A stretch of 64,000 nucleotides of DNA, from IMG/VR virus record IMGVR_UViG_3300045941_000233, positions 32,001-96,000 of that record; one strand, written 5' to 3'. The stretch's first letter is position 1; each line of letters starts with the position of its first letter. Under the pieces are notes generated by a model. That model was given only the letters and a program-made list of their open reading frames with translations. It had not been told where the DNA came from and did not search any database. The position numbers were made by a program, and so were the translations under genes. This DNA is from a virus. Shown piece by piece: positions 17,194-26,865 of this stretch.

Positions 17194-17846
17194 GTTTTTG
17201 GTATCTGGCGACTCCGTATTCCAAGTACAAGGGCGGAATCGTGGCGGCATTCAATGAGGCCGCCAGGCAAGCGGCCGTCTTGTTGCGTGCCGGAGTGCCG
17301 GTCTTTTGTCCAATCACGCATTCGCATCCGATTGCCATCTACGGCGAAATAGATCCGTTAGATCACTCGATTTGGCTTGAGTCCGATGGATATTTCATGG
17401 AAGCGGCCCGCGGGCTAATCGTTTGCGAGCTCGACGGCTGGAAAGAGAGCTACGGCGTCAATCACGAAATCAAGTGCTTTGAAAAGCAAGGCAAGCCGAT
17501 AGTCCAGATGACGCCGGGCGTTGTGCCAGACTTTTTCAATCTGAAATCGCCTGCCGCCAACATATTGAAAATCGCCGACTCGCTGGTTCATGGCGATCGT
17601 GGCGTCAGCTACGGACATCCCGAAGACGATTTTTCGTGTGTTGCGGCTATCGCCACGGCCATGCTCCGCCGTCAGGGCAAGCTTGCCGGCAACGAAGTGA
17701 TATCGGCCGAAGATTGGGCGCTGTTCATGGTGGCGTGCAAGATCACGCGCGAGTGCTATCAGCACAAGATCGATAACCTTGTGGACGGCGCCGGCTACTT
17801 CGAAACTCTACAGATGATCCACGAACGACGCGCCGGGAGAAGTTAA
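17190..17846 (+). CDS. DUF1937 (nucleoside deoxyribosyltransferase-like) fused to a DUF6378-like domain
   Basis: YLATPYS...FCPITHSH...GWKESYGVNHEI, then ADSLVHGDRGVSYGHPEDDF...KITRE...DNLVDGAGY. Confidence 0.7.
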   Translation: MSFWYLATPYSKYKGGIVAAFNEAARQAAVLLRAGVPVFCPITHSHPIAIYGEIDPLDHSIWLESDGYFMEAARGLIVCELDGWKESYGVNHEIKCFEKQGKPIVQMTPGVVPDFFNLKSPAANILKIADSLVHGDRGVSYGHPEDDFSCVAAIATAMLRRQGKLAGNEVISAEDWALFMVACKITRECYQHKIDNLVDGAGYFETLQMIHERRAGRS

Positions 17847-17927
17847 GTGGCGAATTGGTTCTACCTGGCCGGCAGCGTGATGTTTTTAATCGGCACGATT
17901 ATCAACATGCTCTCCGCGAGGCATTGA

Positions 17928-18284
17928 ATGGATTTGCCGGTTTGCGGCCATCGCACAAGCGCCACCGATTCGTCCGGCCGCAATCAATACACTTGCGACC
18001 ATCCGCAAGTCGCCCGCCCGCACGCTTCCGCTGTCGTGTCCGAACAGTTTTGCAGAGAGTGCGGACTTGTTGAATTCGGGCCGGCGGCTGTCGCGTATCA
18101 ACCATCTTGCCCAGAGCAGCCGACGTTGATCGAGTATTATTCTCGCGCCATGACTTGCATGTCCTGCCGCTCGCGCGACGGCAACCATTGCGTATTGTCT
18201 GGCGGCTCATGTAGTCTCGCGCAGAAGCTGGCGCGGCCGGACTTCGCCTGTCCGCTAGGCAATTTCGGGACAATCAAAAGATGA
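17928..18284 (+). CDS. Cys-rich hypothetical protein
   Basis: Multiple Cys including CxxC pairs, ending ACPLGNF. Confidence 0.55.
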   Translation: MDLPVCGHRTSATDSSGRNQYTCDHPQVARPHASAVVSEQFCRECGLVEFGPAAVAYQPSCPEQPTLIEYYSRAMTCMSCRSRDGNHCVLSGGSCSLAQKLARPDFACPLGNFGTIKR

Positions 18285-18499
18285 TCTATGTCTTACTGTT
18301 TGTGACCGGGGTTTTTTGCGGCGTTTCAATCGGATTCATTGCCGGAACTTTGTTCGGCGCCGCGCTGTGGAGGTCAGCCTGGAACGGGTACGGCGATTCG
18401 GTCGATTACACAGTGACGATGGAGTCGGCCAAAACCGAAGAGCAGGAAGAATCCGACTGGTGGAAAAAGGGGGCAAGCGACAGGAATGAGCGAGACTGA
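18281..18499 (+). CDS. small membrane protein
   Basis: N-terminal TM segment and acidic tail. Confidence 0.6.
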   Translation: MIYVLLFVTGVFCGVSIGFIAGTLFGAALWRSAWNGYGDSVDYTVTMESAKTEEQEESDWWKKGASDRNERD

Positions 18500-18821
18500 G
18501 CAGGCCAATCGGCTGAAGGACTTCGAACGAGTCTCGGAATTGCTTTGGCCGGCGGTTCGTTTCTTTGGTCTATGCGGCGCCGACCCGCGGTACGTTGCCG
18601 CGGTCGCGGAGCTCGGGGTGCTGCTTGGCAAGGCGAAGTCGCTTGGCGAAGCGGAAGGTCCGACCGGCGATACGATCGCGAAGGCCCGCGCCGAACAGCG
18701 CCGGGCGGATTTTGCGGAAATCGCCAATTACATCGAGCAGACCGGAGAGATACGGTCGCGAATTGGCCGCGGTAATTCCGCGGATATCGCTGAAATAGTT
18801 AGGGGGCTGGCAAGCAAGTGA
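18486..18821 (+). CDS. hypothetical protein
   Basis: Coupled ORF. Confidence 0.55.
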   Translation: MSETEQANRLKDFERVSELLWPAVRFFGLCGADPRYVAAVAELGVLLGKAKSLGEAEGPTGDTIAKARAEQRRADFAEIANYIEQTGEIRSRIGRGNSADIAEIVRGLASK

Positions 18822-19126
18822 TACGCCGATTTTTTCGCTGGTTGATCGATCACTGGCACGCCCGCCGCGCTTACGAAGCCAATCGCCGCGACATCATCGG
18901 CCGATACGTCGTCCGGGAAGAAGAAATCACGGAGCGACACCGCCGGGAAATCGAGTCGAAGGATTCGACCATTGCGCTGCAGCAGCTTGAGCAAAAAGTG
19001 CTGCTTTCGATGATCGAAACACTGCAAGCCAAGCTATCCAGCGTCCAGGCCGCACTTGCACTACAGCAGGCCCAGTCTGAAAATGCAGTGAGACGACCGC
19101 CACAAGCCGGGGGCACGGCGAATTAG
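18818..19126 (+). CDS. hypothetical coiled-coil protein
   Basis: GTGA overlap; heptad-rich. Confidence 0.55.
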   Translation: MIRRFFRWLIDHWHARRAYEANRRDIIGRYVVREEEITERHRREIESKDSTIALQQLEQKVLLSMIETLQAKLSSVQAALALQQAQSENAVRRPPQAGGTAN

Positions 19127-19136
19127 GTGAGCGTCC

Positions 19137-20636
19137 ATGTCGATCCAGGACTTGATTACAGAGGCAAAAGACCGTCGCGTCGGATTTTATAAGGCGGCGA
19201 CGGCATCTCTATCACGCGGCCCGTCCGGAGGCAGCGCGGCCGGCGGCCCGTACATGCAAGGCGAAGCGAGCATTGCGTCCGCTTTCGGCGACCAAGTGAC
19301 GGCCGGCGCCGAACGGCAATATCGCGCGGCCCGCGGGGGCTGGCAGTGGGCGGCCATGCGGCCGGTTGCCGTCCGGGTAGCCGATCAACCGTTCCGGTGC
19401 GGCAACAAGCAGATCCGCAAAGACTCCGGCCAAAACGCCCCCAGCAAGTTTCGCCGCAAGGTTTTCGAGTGCGCGCCGCTGTTCGTTCAGAAGCAGATGA
19501 GCGAGGGGATGGATCAGGACGACAGCCATCCGCTGCTTGAACTGTTCGAGTCCCCGAATCCGTTTATGACTGGCTGGGCGAACGTGTATTGCACGGCCCT
19601 GTCGATGCAGATCACCGGCAAAGCGTTTTGGTGGCTGGAAAATTTACAGTCGGATCCGAACAGTCCATCCAGCGCTCAACAAATGCGGCTGTGGTATTTG
19701 CCCGTGTCTTGGGTCCGAGAAATCAGCACCGAAACAGAGCCATTGGCCCAATTCAAGGTTATTCCGCCGGGTGTCACGGAAGACCGGGCGGTAATAGTCC
19801 CTGGCGCGGACATGTTGCGGTTTACCTATCCCGACCCGGCCGACCCTCTCGGGCAATTGAGCCCGATGCAGACCCAAGCCCGGGCGATCAATACCGACGA
19901 CGAAATTCAAAAGTCCCAGTTTGCGTCGATGATGAACGGCGCGCGGCCCGGAATGATTCTCACCGCCGGCCGACTGGAAATGCCGGCTGGAATGGGCGGC
20001 GGACTGGGACCGCGGCCCATTTTGACGCCCGAGCAGCGAGCGCAGCTTACATCCGCTTGCCGGCTGGCTTACGCGGGCGCCATGCATCACATGGAGCCGT
20101 TTATCATCGACGGCATGATCGAAAACGTGCAGCCGTGGACCCTCAACCCGGTCGATCTGGACTTTCCCAACGGTTCGAGCCTGACCAAAGAGCGGATTTT
20201 CCAGGGCTTCGGCATGAATCCGATCGTGGCCGGACAGATCGAGGGAGCCAACCGCGCTTCGGCCTACGTGGCGCAGGCGAACGTCGATGCGAATGTCGTT
20301 AATCCCCTGATTACACAGATTTCGCAGACCATGACGATGAAGCTGAGTCCGCGATTTTCAGGCGACGGCGCCGGTCGCAAGTTGTATGTCTGGATTGACC
20401 GGGCTGTCGCGCACGACGAAGAGATTGAAATCCAGAAAACGGCCCAGCTTTTAGAGGGACACGCCATCACAAAGAACGAGCTCCGCGAGCGAAACGGAAT
20501 GGCGCCCATGGAAACCGGCGGCGACGAAATAGCCGCCCCGCCAGAGCCGCCGCTGGCCCCGCCAGGATCCACCGGCCCACAGCGCCCCGGTAGTGGTGGC
20601 CAGCGTCCGCCGGCCCGCGGCAAGCCCAAGCGCTGA
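19137..20636 (+). CDS. phage portal protein (HK97-like)
   Basis: HPLLELFESPNPFMTG, GKAFWW, DPLGQLSPM, NGARPGMIL, ITKNELRERNGMAP; position upstream of protease and capsid. Confidence 0.9.
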   Translation: MSIQDLITEAKDRRVGFYKAATASLSRGPSGGSAAGGPYMQGEASIASAFGDQVTAGAERQYRAARGGWQWAAMRPVAVRVADQPFRCGNKQIRKDSGQNAPSKFRRKVFECAPLFVQKQMSEGMDQDDSHPLLELFESPNPFMTGWANVYCTALSMQITGKAFWWLENLQSDPNSPSSAQQMRLWYLPVSWVREISTETEPLAQFKVIPPGVTEDRAVIVPGADMLRFTYPDPADPLGQLSPMQTQARAINTDDEIQKSQFASMMNGARPGMILTAGRLEMPAGMGGGLGPRPILTPEQRAQLTSACRLAYAGAMHHMEPFIIDGMIENVQPWTLNPVDLDFPNGSSLTKERIFQGFGMNPIVAGQIEGANRASAYVAQANVDANVVNPLITQISQTMTMKLSPRFSGDGAGRKLYVWIDRAVAHDEEIEIQKTAQLLEGHAITKNELRERNGMAPMETGGDEIAAPPEPPLAPPGSTGPQRPGSGGQRPPARGKPKR

Positions 20637-21301
20637 TGGTCAGCGCCAGCGACTTAACCGTGATGGTCGTAATGGTTGGCGGGACGGATTATTGGCCAAA
20701 AACACGGCCGTTTATTGAAGAATACTGTCAGCGGCACGGCTATCAATTTCGAGTCTTCACCGAAGACTGCCTGCCGGCTGAAGCGCATCCGTCCTGGAAC
20801 AAGCTGGCGATAGCATCGTTTGCAAAAACGCCGCACGTCGTCACCTGGGACGCCGACTTAGTTCCATTGCCGCAAGCCGGCCCGATCCATGTCGAGCTCG
20901 ACCCCGATCGTCTTGGCATGGTCAAAATCCCTCCGTCACACGGCGGCTATTCGAAGCTGAGATATCGCTACGGCCGCCGGGCTGCGCCGCACATGCAATT
21001 CAACTGTGGCCTGATTTCCATTCCGGACGCCTGGAAGCCGTTCCTGCGCGACTTGTTTTTCGCTTCCGACTATGGGCGGTCGATCTTTTGGGAGCAGGGC
21101 GCGCTAAATTACGCGATCTATCGCCAGTCGATCGATGTCTGCGAGCTCGACAGCCGCTGGAATTACTGGGTTTCTGGCGTCCTGCGCCGCCGGCATCTGG
21201 TCGAAGCCAACTGCCTGCACTTTGCCAGTCGATCGTGGCTCCGGCGCCGCAACGTCGATCTGCTGTACCGGCTACTTCGCCGGCCACTCCCGGCAGCCTG
21301 A
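20636..21301 (+). CDS. GT-A glycosyltransferase (GT8/GT34-like)
   Basis: PSWNKL, WDADL (DxD), FNCG, WEQGALN, LDSRWN, LHFA. Confidence 0.75.
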   Translation: MVSASDLTVMVVMVGGTDYWPKTRPFIEEYCQRHGYQFRVFTEDCLPAEAHPSWNKLAIASFAKTPHVVTWDADLVPLPQAGPIHVELDPDRLGMVKIPPSHGGYSKLRYRYGRRAAPHMQFNCGLISIPDAWKPFLRDLFFASDYGRSIFWEQGALNYAIYRQSIDVCELDSRWNYWVSGVLRRRHLVEANCLHFASRSWLRRRNVDLLYRLLRRPLPAA

Positions 21302-21321
21302 AATATTTTCGTTTTTGCCTG

Positions 21322-21357
21322 TTGACGTTTTCCGCGGTTTGTTTCTAAGTTCGGGCT
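21322..21357 (+). promoter_or_regulatory. putative leaderless promoter
   Basis: TTGACG-N18-TAAGTT-N6-ATG(21358). Confidence 0.5.
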
Positions 21358-21555
21358 ATGGCGGCTGACGAAGTGGATTTGGAGTCACCGCAAGAGAAGT
21401 CAGCGAGGCTTGAAAGGTCGATCTATTCGCTGGTTGCTGAAGCCGTAAGGCACAAAGCCGCCTCGAAGTCCTTCGGTCACTTTCAAATCAAGCTGGTCTT
21501 CAAGCACGGCCTAATCGACATGATTGAGGCCGGCGACAACGTAACGCACAAGTAA
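21358..21555 (+). CDS. small hypothetical protein
   Basis: 65 aa between a promoter and a terminator. Confidence 0.6.
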   Translation: MAADEVDLESPQEKSARLERSIYSLVAEAVRHKAASKSFGHFQIKLVFKHGLIDMIEAGDNVTHK

Positions 21556-21577
21556 TTTTTTAGTCAGAGCACCAAAG

Positions 21578-21627
21578 AAGGGCCTGGCAAGCGAGTCCGC
21601 TCGCTTTCCAGGCCCTTTTTCGTTTTT
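21578..21627 (+). terminator. Rho-independent terminator
   Basis: AAGGGCCTGG-c-AAGCGAG/CTCGCTT-t-CCAGGCCCTT stem plus T tract. Confidence 0.8.
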
Positions 21628-21646
21628 ACACACAAAGGCCATCGAA

Positions 21647-22177
21647 ATGAACGCTCAAGGTTTTGGCGGTTTGTATGTCACTGGCAATACAACGAACGTC
21701 CATGCCTTGAGCACGGGCACGGAGCTTTCCGGCGTGTTGCTTACGTGGGTGGCGCTTTCCGGCGTCACTGCCGCGCATGGCGATGTTTCCGTTACTCCCA
21801 GCACTTCAACGGGCCGGCTGACCCTGAAGCCGGGCGCTTACGAAGTCGTTTTCGAGTGCAGCGTCGAAAACAACATCGTTTCCGGCCTGTCGTCTGAAGA
21901 CGTGACAGTCCAAGACATCCTGCAAGCGGACATCCGCCAGGGCAATTCGTCCGGCACGATGACCGCCATCACCGGCACCAAGAGCAAGGTGGCCTTGCTG
22001 GAAGGCTTGCCGACCATGCTCCGCATCACGGCGCTGGTGGAAATCGCGCACGCCGCGGCCGCTGCGACCACGCCCTACAACTACATCTCCGTTTGGCTCA
22101 CGACGGCGATCACTGGCGGAACACTGAGCGACGTGCTCATCAGCGAAGCCCGGTTCTACGCAAAGCGGCTGTACTAA
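21647..22177 (+). CDS. putative virion (head-region) beta-rich protein
   Basis: Thr/Ser/Gly-rich beta-strand sequence located before the protease. Confidence 0.5.
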   Translation: MNAQGFGGLYVTGNTTNVHALSTGTELSGVLLTWVALSGVTAAHGDVSVTPSTSTGRLTLKPGAYEVVFECSVENNIVSGLSSEDVTVQDILQADIRQGNSSGTMTAITGTKSKVALLEGLPTMLRITALVEIAHAAAAATTPYNYISVWLTTAITGGTLSDVLISEARFYAKRLY

Positions 22178-22229
22178 TTCCGCCGCTCGACCCGCGCCCG
22201 CTGTCCGCTGGATCGAAAGGTTTTGGCTG

Positions 22230-23774
22230 ATGACGCTTGAACAACTCATTGAGTCGATCAACTCCCGAAAGGCATTTTCGCCTTTCGGCATCAGCACGGC
22301 CGCGGCTTACGTCGGCGGCATCGCTCCATGTCTGACCGGTGGCGATCTATGCCCGGTCAAGATTTTCAAGTTGGCGTCGGCCGACTTGTGGGAAAAGGAA
22401 ATCAAGGAGGCGGCCAACCGCCTGACGTATTGCGATAACGCCATGGCGGACCCCGACTTGCTTTCCAAGTCGATTCGCGACGGCGCCGGCATCACCAAGG
22501 ATGCTGTGCTCGAATACGACTGCGTTTTGTCGTCGTGCATGAAGGACCGCGACGGCGATATCGTCCGGCAAAAGGGCGGCCTGGAAGTCGATCTGAAAAT
22601 GCCGCTGCTGTGGCAGCATATTCAGGTGAGCCCCATCGGCAAGCATGTCGCCCTGCTTGAACAGGACGACACGATCACCAAGTCGCGTTTCGCCATCGCT
22701 GACACCGAGCTTGGCCGCGATGCGGCCGTGCTGGTGAAATTCGGCGCTCTCCGCAAGTCCATTGGCTTCAAGCCTTTCGAGTTTTCGCCCATCGAAATCG
22801 TCAAAGGTTCCGACGGCAAGGATCATGTCCGCGGCTGGGACGTGAAGAAATCGGCCTGCATGGAAGGTTCGCTGGTTTCGATTCCCGCCAATCCGGCCGC
22901 CGGCATCCTGTCCTACTACGAAAAGGAATTCGACGGGCTGTGCACGGCCCACGGCCGCGGGCTGCTGAAGCACCCGATGGTAAAGCATTGGTCGAAGGGC
23001 ATTTACGATTTGCGGCCGGTCCAAGTCCCGGGTGTCGATCTGAGCACCAAAGCGGCCGAATCCGAGACGACCGCCAAGCTGACGATTGGCGGCGCGGTTG
23101 TCGAGCTCTCCACCAAATCAACGGCCGCCGCAGAGAAATCCGGCCAAGCGCAGGGCCAAGAGAAGCGGAAATGCCCGAAGTGCGGCGTCGGCCGCCTGGC
23201 GTCCAACGGCGAATGCCCGAATTGCTTCCACATCGAAGTGGATAACAAACCCGGCAGCGCCCCCAAGTCCACGGAGCCGACCGCCGACAAAGCCGTCACC
23301 GATGACCTGTCAACGAAAATGATGGGCAATGAGTACATCGACGGCAGCTACGAAAAAGTCCAGTCGATGCTCCGCGCCACCGCGCGAAGCTACTTGCGCG
23401 GCAAGGGCCTGACGGCCAACGAAAACGGCTATACGGATCTGGTTGCGACGTTCGGCGATTCGGCCGTCGTTTGCCTGTACTCCTACGGCGATGTTAAGTC
23501 GCCTTGCTACCGAATCGATTACTCGGTGGACAAGAGCGGCGCCGCCACCTGGACCGGCGAACCGAAGTCGGTCGAAGTCAAGCAGCAAATCATCGACAAG
23601 CGCTTCGCGGCCGAGTCGATCGACGCACTCTCCCGCAAGCTGGCCGCCAAGATGCTCAACGCTGACGGCGCCAACGAGCAAGTGCGAGCCGCGCACGACA
23701 CGATTTCCAAGGCTTTCGCGACCCTCAAACAGTCCAGCGAGAGCTTTGATTTTGAGGAATTGTTCAGTAACTAA
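22230..23774 (+). CDS. prohead maturation protease (HK97-type) with C-terminal extension
   Basis: DRDGDIV, PLLWQH, PIGK, SIGF, EGSLVSIPANP; internal CPKC..CPNC. Confidence 0.85.
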   Translation: MTLEQLIESINSRKAFSPFGISTAAAYVGGIAPCLTGGDLCPVKIFKLASADLWEKEIKEAANRLTYCDNAMADPDLLSKSIRDGAGITKDAVLEYDCVLSSCMKDRDGDIVRQKGGLEVDLKMPLLWQHIQVSPIGKHVALLEQDDTITKSRFAIADTELGRDAAVLVKFGALRKSIGFKPFEFSPIEIVKGSDGKDHVRGWDVKKSACMEGSLVSIPANPAAGILSYYEKEFDGLCTAHGRGLLKHPMVKHWSKGIYDLRPVQVPGVDLSTKAAESETTAKLTIGGAVVELSTKSTAAAEKSGQAQGQEKRKCPKCGVGRLASNGECPNCFHIEVDNKPGSAPKSTEPTADKAVTDDLSTKMMGNEYIDGSYEKVQSMLRATARSYLRGKGLTANENGYTDLVATFGDSAVVCLYSYGDVKSPCYRIDYSVDKSGAATWTGEPKSVEVKQQIIDKRFAAESIDALSRKLAAKMLNADGANEQVRAAHDTISKAFATLKQSSESFDFEELFSN

Positions 23775-23811
23775 CGCCGGCGCAAGCCGGAATTTGTAAA
23801 GGGCCGACCCA

Positions 23812-25482
23812 ATGTGGAAGATCACCACCGAACTGAAGAAGCACCTTCAGGAGAAATTCAGCCTCGCGGCCGATGCGACGGATGAAGTTGTTCGCAAGAT
23901 GGTTGGCGAGAAAATCGCCAGCGGCGAACTGTCGATGGACGACTTCGCCCGCCTCACGACTGCAAAGGCCACCGAGGCCGAGCAGAAAGTCCAGGCGATG
24001 ATCGACAAGTCCATCGCCCCCGTGCTCGACGCCATCAAGGCGCTCAAGCCCGAGACGCCGGCCCCCGCGGCTCCCGCGGCCCCCGCCGAATCGAAGGCCC
24101 TCAACCTGACCGCCCCGCCGGCCGCGCCGGCAACTCCGCCCGCGTCGGAAGGCCAGAAGCTTTACGCTTTGGCCGGTTCGGCTGTGGCGAGCGACCTGGA
24201 CGAACCCACCCGTATTCGCGTGAAGTCGGCCATTGAACGGTTCGACGACACCCGCACGGCCGCGACCTGGGACAAGTGCACAAGCACTATGGTCAAGGCG
24301 CTTGGCAGCGGTAACGTCGGATCGCACACCAGCGGCCACTATTCGCCCAGTTATGACATGCCGACGGAGCGCAGCAAGGCCATCTCCGGCGTGTGGCTGA
24401 AGAACATGGCCATCAAGCGCATGCGTTCGCGCGGCGTGCATGTCGCCGACCACATCCAACTGAAGGAGTGGGAGCGCGACATCCTCATGTATGCCGCCCA
24501 CAACTGCAAATTTGTTGGTCCGATTGGCTGGACCGGCAGCGGCGACAGCAATGAAGGCGACGCGCTGCACTGGTACACGGGCGAGAAGCTGATGAGCGAC
24601 TTGCACCGCAAGGCCGTGTTGGACGATTCGACGTCGGGCGGCCTGGAAGCCGTGCCTATCGAATTCGACGCCAACGTCATCCTGACTCCGCTTCTCAATG
24701 GCGAACTGTTCCCGTTTGTGAACATCGTCAACGTCGGACGCCGACGGATCGAGGCCACGAAAATCAGCAATCCCACCATGGCGTGGGGTGTTGCTGAAGG
24801 CACCGCGATTTCGCTGTTCAATACGGACAGCTTCATTTCGGCTTTCGACAATTCGATCTATCCGATCACCGGCGCCATGGAGCTCGGCCTGGACTTCCTG
24901 GCCGACTCGCCGCTGGCCGTCACCCAGACGGTTGTGCAGCGGTACGGCGAGCGGTTCCGGACGGAAATGGACAACGTGATTGCGACCGGCAACGGCACCG
25001 ACCGGCCCGAGGGCGTGTTTACCACGTCCGGCGTGACTTCGGTCACTCCTTCCGGTGGCGCTGGCGCCGCCCAGACCGTCGGCGATTACGAAGGCTTGCG
25101 GTTCGGCGTGGCGAAGGAATTCCGCCAGGAAGCCGGCCTGCGTGCCATGTACGTCGGGACCGACACTTCCTACAGCCGCGCCCGCGGCATTGCGGTTGGC
25201 GCGTCGGATCAACGCCGAGTGTTCGGCATCGACGACCAGGAGAGCTACACGCTGTTCCAGCGGCGTTATGCGGTCAACGGTTCGCTGACGAATGCCCAAA
25301 TCGGGTATTTCTGCTTCAACCGATACCGCATGTATCGCCGGCTTGGCTTGGAAGTCCGGATGGTCACTGAAGACTGGACCTTGGCCCGCCAGAGCAAGGA
25401 AGGCATCATCGTCCGCGCCCGCTTCGGTGGTGCGCTCGAACTGGCCGCGGCCGGAACAAAGATCACTAACGGCCAAGCCTAA
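23812..25482 (+). CDS. major capsid protein (HK97 fold) with N-terminal scaffold region
   Basis: SGGLEAVPIEF, WGVAEG, GNGTDRPEGVF, RARFGG; position and strongly biased codon usage. Confidence 0.9.
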   Translation: MWKITTELKKHLQEKFSLAADATDEVVRKMVGEKIASGELSMDDFARLTTAKATEAEQKVQAMIDKSIAPVLDAIKALKPETPAPAAPAAPAESKALNLTAPPAAPATPPASEGQKLYALAGSAVASDLDEPTRIRVKSAIERFDDTRTAATWDKCTSTMVKALGSGNVGSHTSGHYSPSYDMPTERSKAISGVWLKNMAIKRMRSRGVHVADHIQLKEWERDILMYAAHNCKFVGPIGWTGSGDSNEGDALHWYTGEKLMSDLHRKAVLDDSTSGGLEAVPIEFDANVILTPLLNGELFPFVNIVNVGRRRIEATKISNPTMAWGVAEGTAISLFNTDSFISAFDNSIYPITGAMELGLDFLADSPLAVTQTVVQRYGERFRTEMDNVIATGNGTDRPEGVFTTSGVTSVTPSGGAGAAQTVGDYEGLRFGVAKEFRQEAGLRAMYVGTDTSYSRARGIAVGASDQRRVFGIDDQESYTLFQRRYAVNGSLTNAQIGYFCFNRYRMYRRLGLEVRMVTEDWTLARQSKEGIIVRARFGGALELAAAGTKITNGQA

Positions 25483-25503
25483 CCTGGCTTGACTGACTGA
25501 ACT

Positions 25504-25548
25504 CCCGGCGGCTGCAACATCGCCCGCGGCCGCCGGGTTGATTTTTTT
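25504..25548 (+). terminator. Rho-independent terminator after the capsid gene
   Basis: CCCGGCGGCTGC/GCGGCCGCCGGG stem plus TTGATTTTTTT. Confidence 0.65.
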
Positions 25549-25571
25549 CCGAAGGGCGAGCCGGGGGTTAC

Positions 25572-26237
25572 ATGCCACGCTACACGATCGAGATAGCGGG
25601 ACCGCGCAACGAAGGCGCGATTTTCCCGCCGATTGGAAATGAACGGCTGAGAGGCCGTTGGTCGAATGCGAAAGTTGCTCACCGCAACAAAACCAATGAT
25701 GAGTCCGGGCTGGCGCTCAAGCAGTTGTCGCTCGCCGTCGAGACGATTCCTGGGTTGTTTATTTCGCTCGACACGACTGCCGGCGGTCGCGGAGAGGGGT
25801 CAATTGTTGACCCGCTCGGTGAGTCGCCGGCGGGACGCGAGATTCAGGCGAAGATCAAGGATGTCCTGAGCCGTTTTTCGCCGAACGCTCTTGATTGCGG
25901 TTCGGATCCACGGCCGCGATCGACTTTCCCGAATTTGGGCGCCGACGGCATCAAGGAATGGGCGTTTTTCATGCGAACGATGCTTGACTCCGGTCAGGCG
26001 GCGGAAGTTGGCACCGAAAAACTGCCGGATATCGAAACGATTCGAAAGATGCCAGGCAAGCGGCGCCGCGATCCGCTCAACACCGGCCGCCAGGACGCCG
26101 AGAGCGAAGCCGAAGCCCGCAAGGGCCACGGAGTTTACCGATACGCCGACGAAGTGCCAGAGAATGCCGAGCTCGTCGGCGCCGGCCCCTCGACTGGCAA
26201 TGGACCCAAGGGCGGCAGTAAGCCGCCGACACCGTAA
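25572..26237 (+). CDS. hypothetical protein
   Basis: 221 aa with a GGGGG RBS. Confidence 0.7.
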   Translation: MPRYTIEIAGPRNEGAIFPPIGNERLRGRWSNAKVAHRNKTNDESGLALKQLSLAVETIPGLFISLDTTAGGRGEGSIVDPLGESPAGREIQAKIKDVLSRFSPNALDCGSDPRPRSTFPNLGADGIKEWAFFMRTMLDSGQAAEVGTEKLPDIETIRKMPGKRRRDPLNTGRQDAESEAEARKGHGVYRYADEVPENAELVGAGPSTGNGPKGGSKPPTP

Positions 26238-26261
26238 AACAGCGCTGGCCCCCGGCGCGTT

Positions 26262-26304
26262 CCACTCCCGGCATAGGTCGTCCCTATGCCGGGCAGTGGT
26301 TTTT
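26262..26304 (+). terminator. Rho-independent terminator
   Basis: CCACT-CCCGGCATAGG/CCTATGCCGGG-c-AGTGG plus TTTTT. Confidence 0.7.
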
Positions 26305-26319
26305 ATCTGGCCCGTCACA

Positions 26320-26595
26320 ATGGCGAATCGTGTTACTGGATTCGAGCAGATCACCGGACTAAATGTCGTCAAGCAATTGACGGTTCCGGCCGGATCCAGC
26401 TTCGCCTCGATTCGCGCTGTGACCCAAAACGTCCGCTACCGGCTTGATGGGACCGACCCAGAGGCCGGCATCGGCGAACAGATCAAGGCCGGCGCCGACC
26501 AGCCGACCATTTTGGTTATCCAAAACGGAATGATTGCCGCCAAATTCATTCAAGAGGCATCGTCTGCCGTCCTGAATGTCCATTACTTCGCATAG
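26320..26595 (+). CDS. small virion-type protein, paralog A
   Basis: GFEQIT..LTVPAG..FASIR...QNVRYRLDGTDP...LNVHYFA. Confidence 0.75.
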   Translation: MANRVTGFEQITGLNVVKQLTVPAGSSFASIRAVTQNVRYRLDGTDPEAGIGEQIKAGADQPTILVIQNGMIAAKFIQEASSAVLNVHYFA

Positions 26596-26598
26596 ACC

Positions 26599-26865
26599 AT
26601 GGTACTCGGATTTCAACAGATCACGTCGCTATCGACGGCCATCGGCCTAACGGTCCCGGCCGGAACTCGATTCGCCTCGATTCGGGTTGAGTCCCAGAAC
26701 GTGCGTTACAGGCTGGACGGATCAAACCCGACAGCATCCGTCGGCGAGCAGCTAAAGGCCGCCGCGGACCAGCCGATCCAATTGTCGATCGACGAAGGCT
26801 TGCACGTCGTCAAATTCATCGAAGAAACGACGTCCGCAAAGCTTAACGTCCACTATTTCAGCTAG
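26599..26865 (+). CDS. small virion-type protein, paralog B
   Basis: GFQQIT..LTVPAG..FASIR...QNVRYRLDGSNP...LNVHYFS. Confidence 0.75.
   Translation: MVLGFQQITSLSTAIGLTVPAGTRFASIRVESQNVRYRLDGSNPTASVGEQLKAAADQPIQLSIDEGLHVVKFIEETTSAKLNVHYFS

Noticed and set aside
21338-21358. Possible target of unit 0 at the leaderless promoter (TTTGTTTCTA-A-GTTCGGGCTA)
   Set aside because: Only 7/10 and 8/10 matches with a gap; too weak to claim.
23764-25578. 604-aa minus-strand ORF
   Set aside because: It is the antisense shadow of the major capsid gene caused by GC-rich codon bias. Most other minus-strand ORFs in the track were rejected for the same reason.
25801-25813. Self-target of unit 6: reverse complement matches GGGTCAACAATTG (12343-12355)
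   Set aside because: Only segment B and its flank match; segment A is not adjacent on either side, so this is likely chance. A full computational search is still needed.
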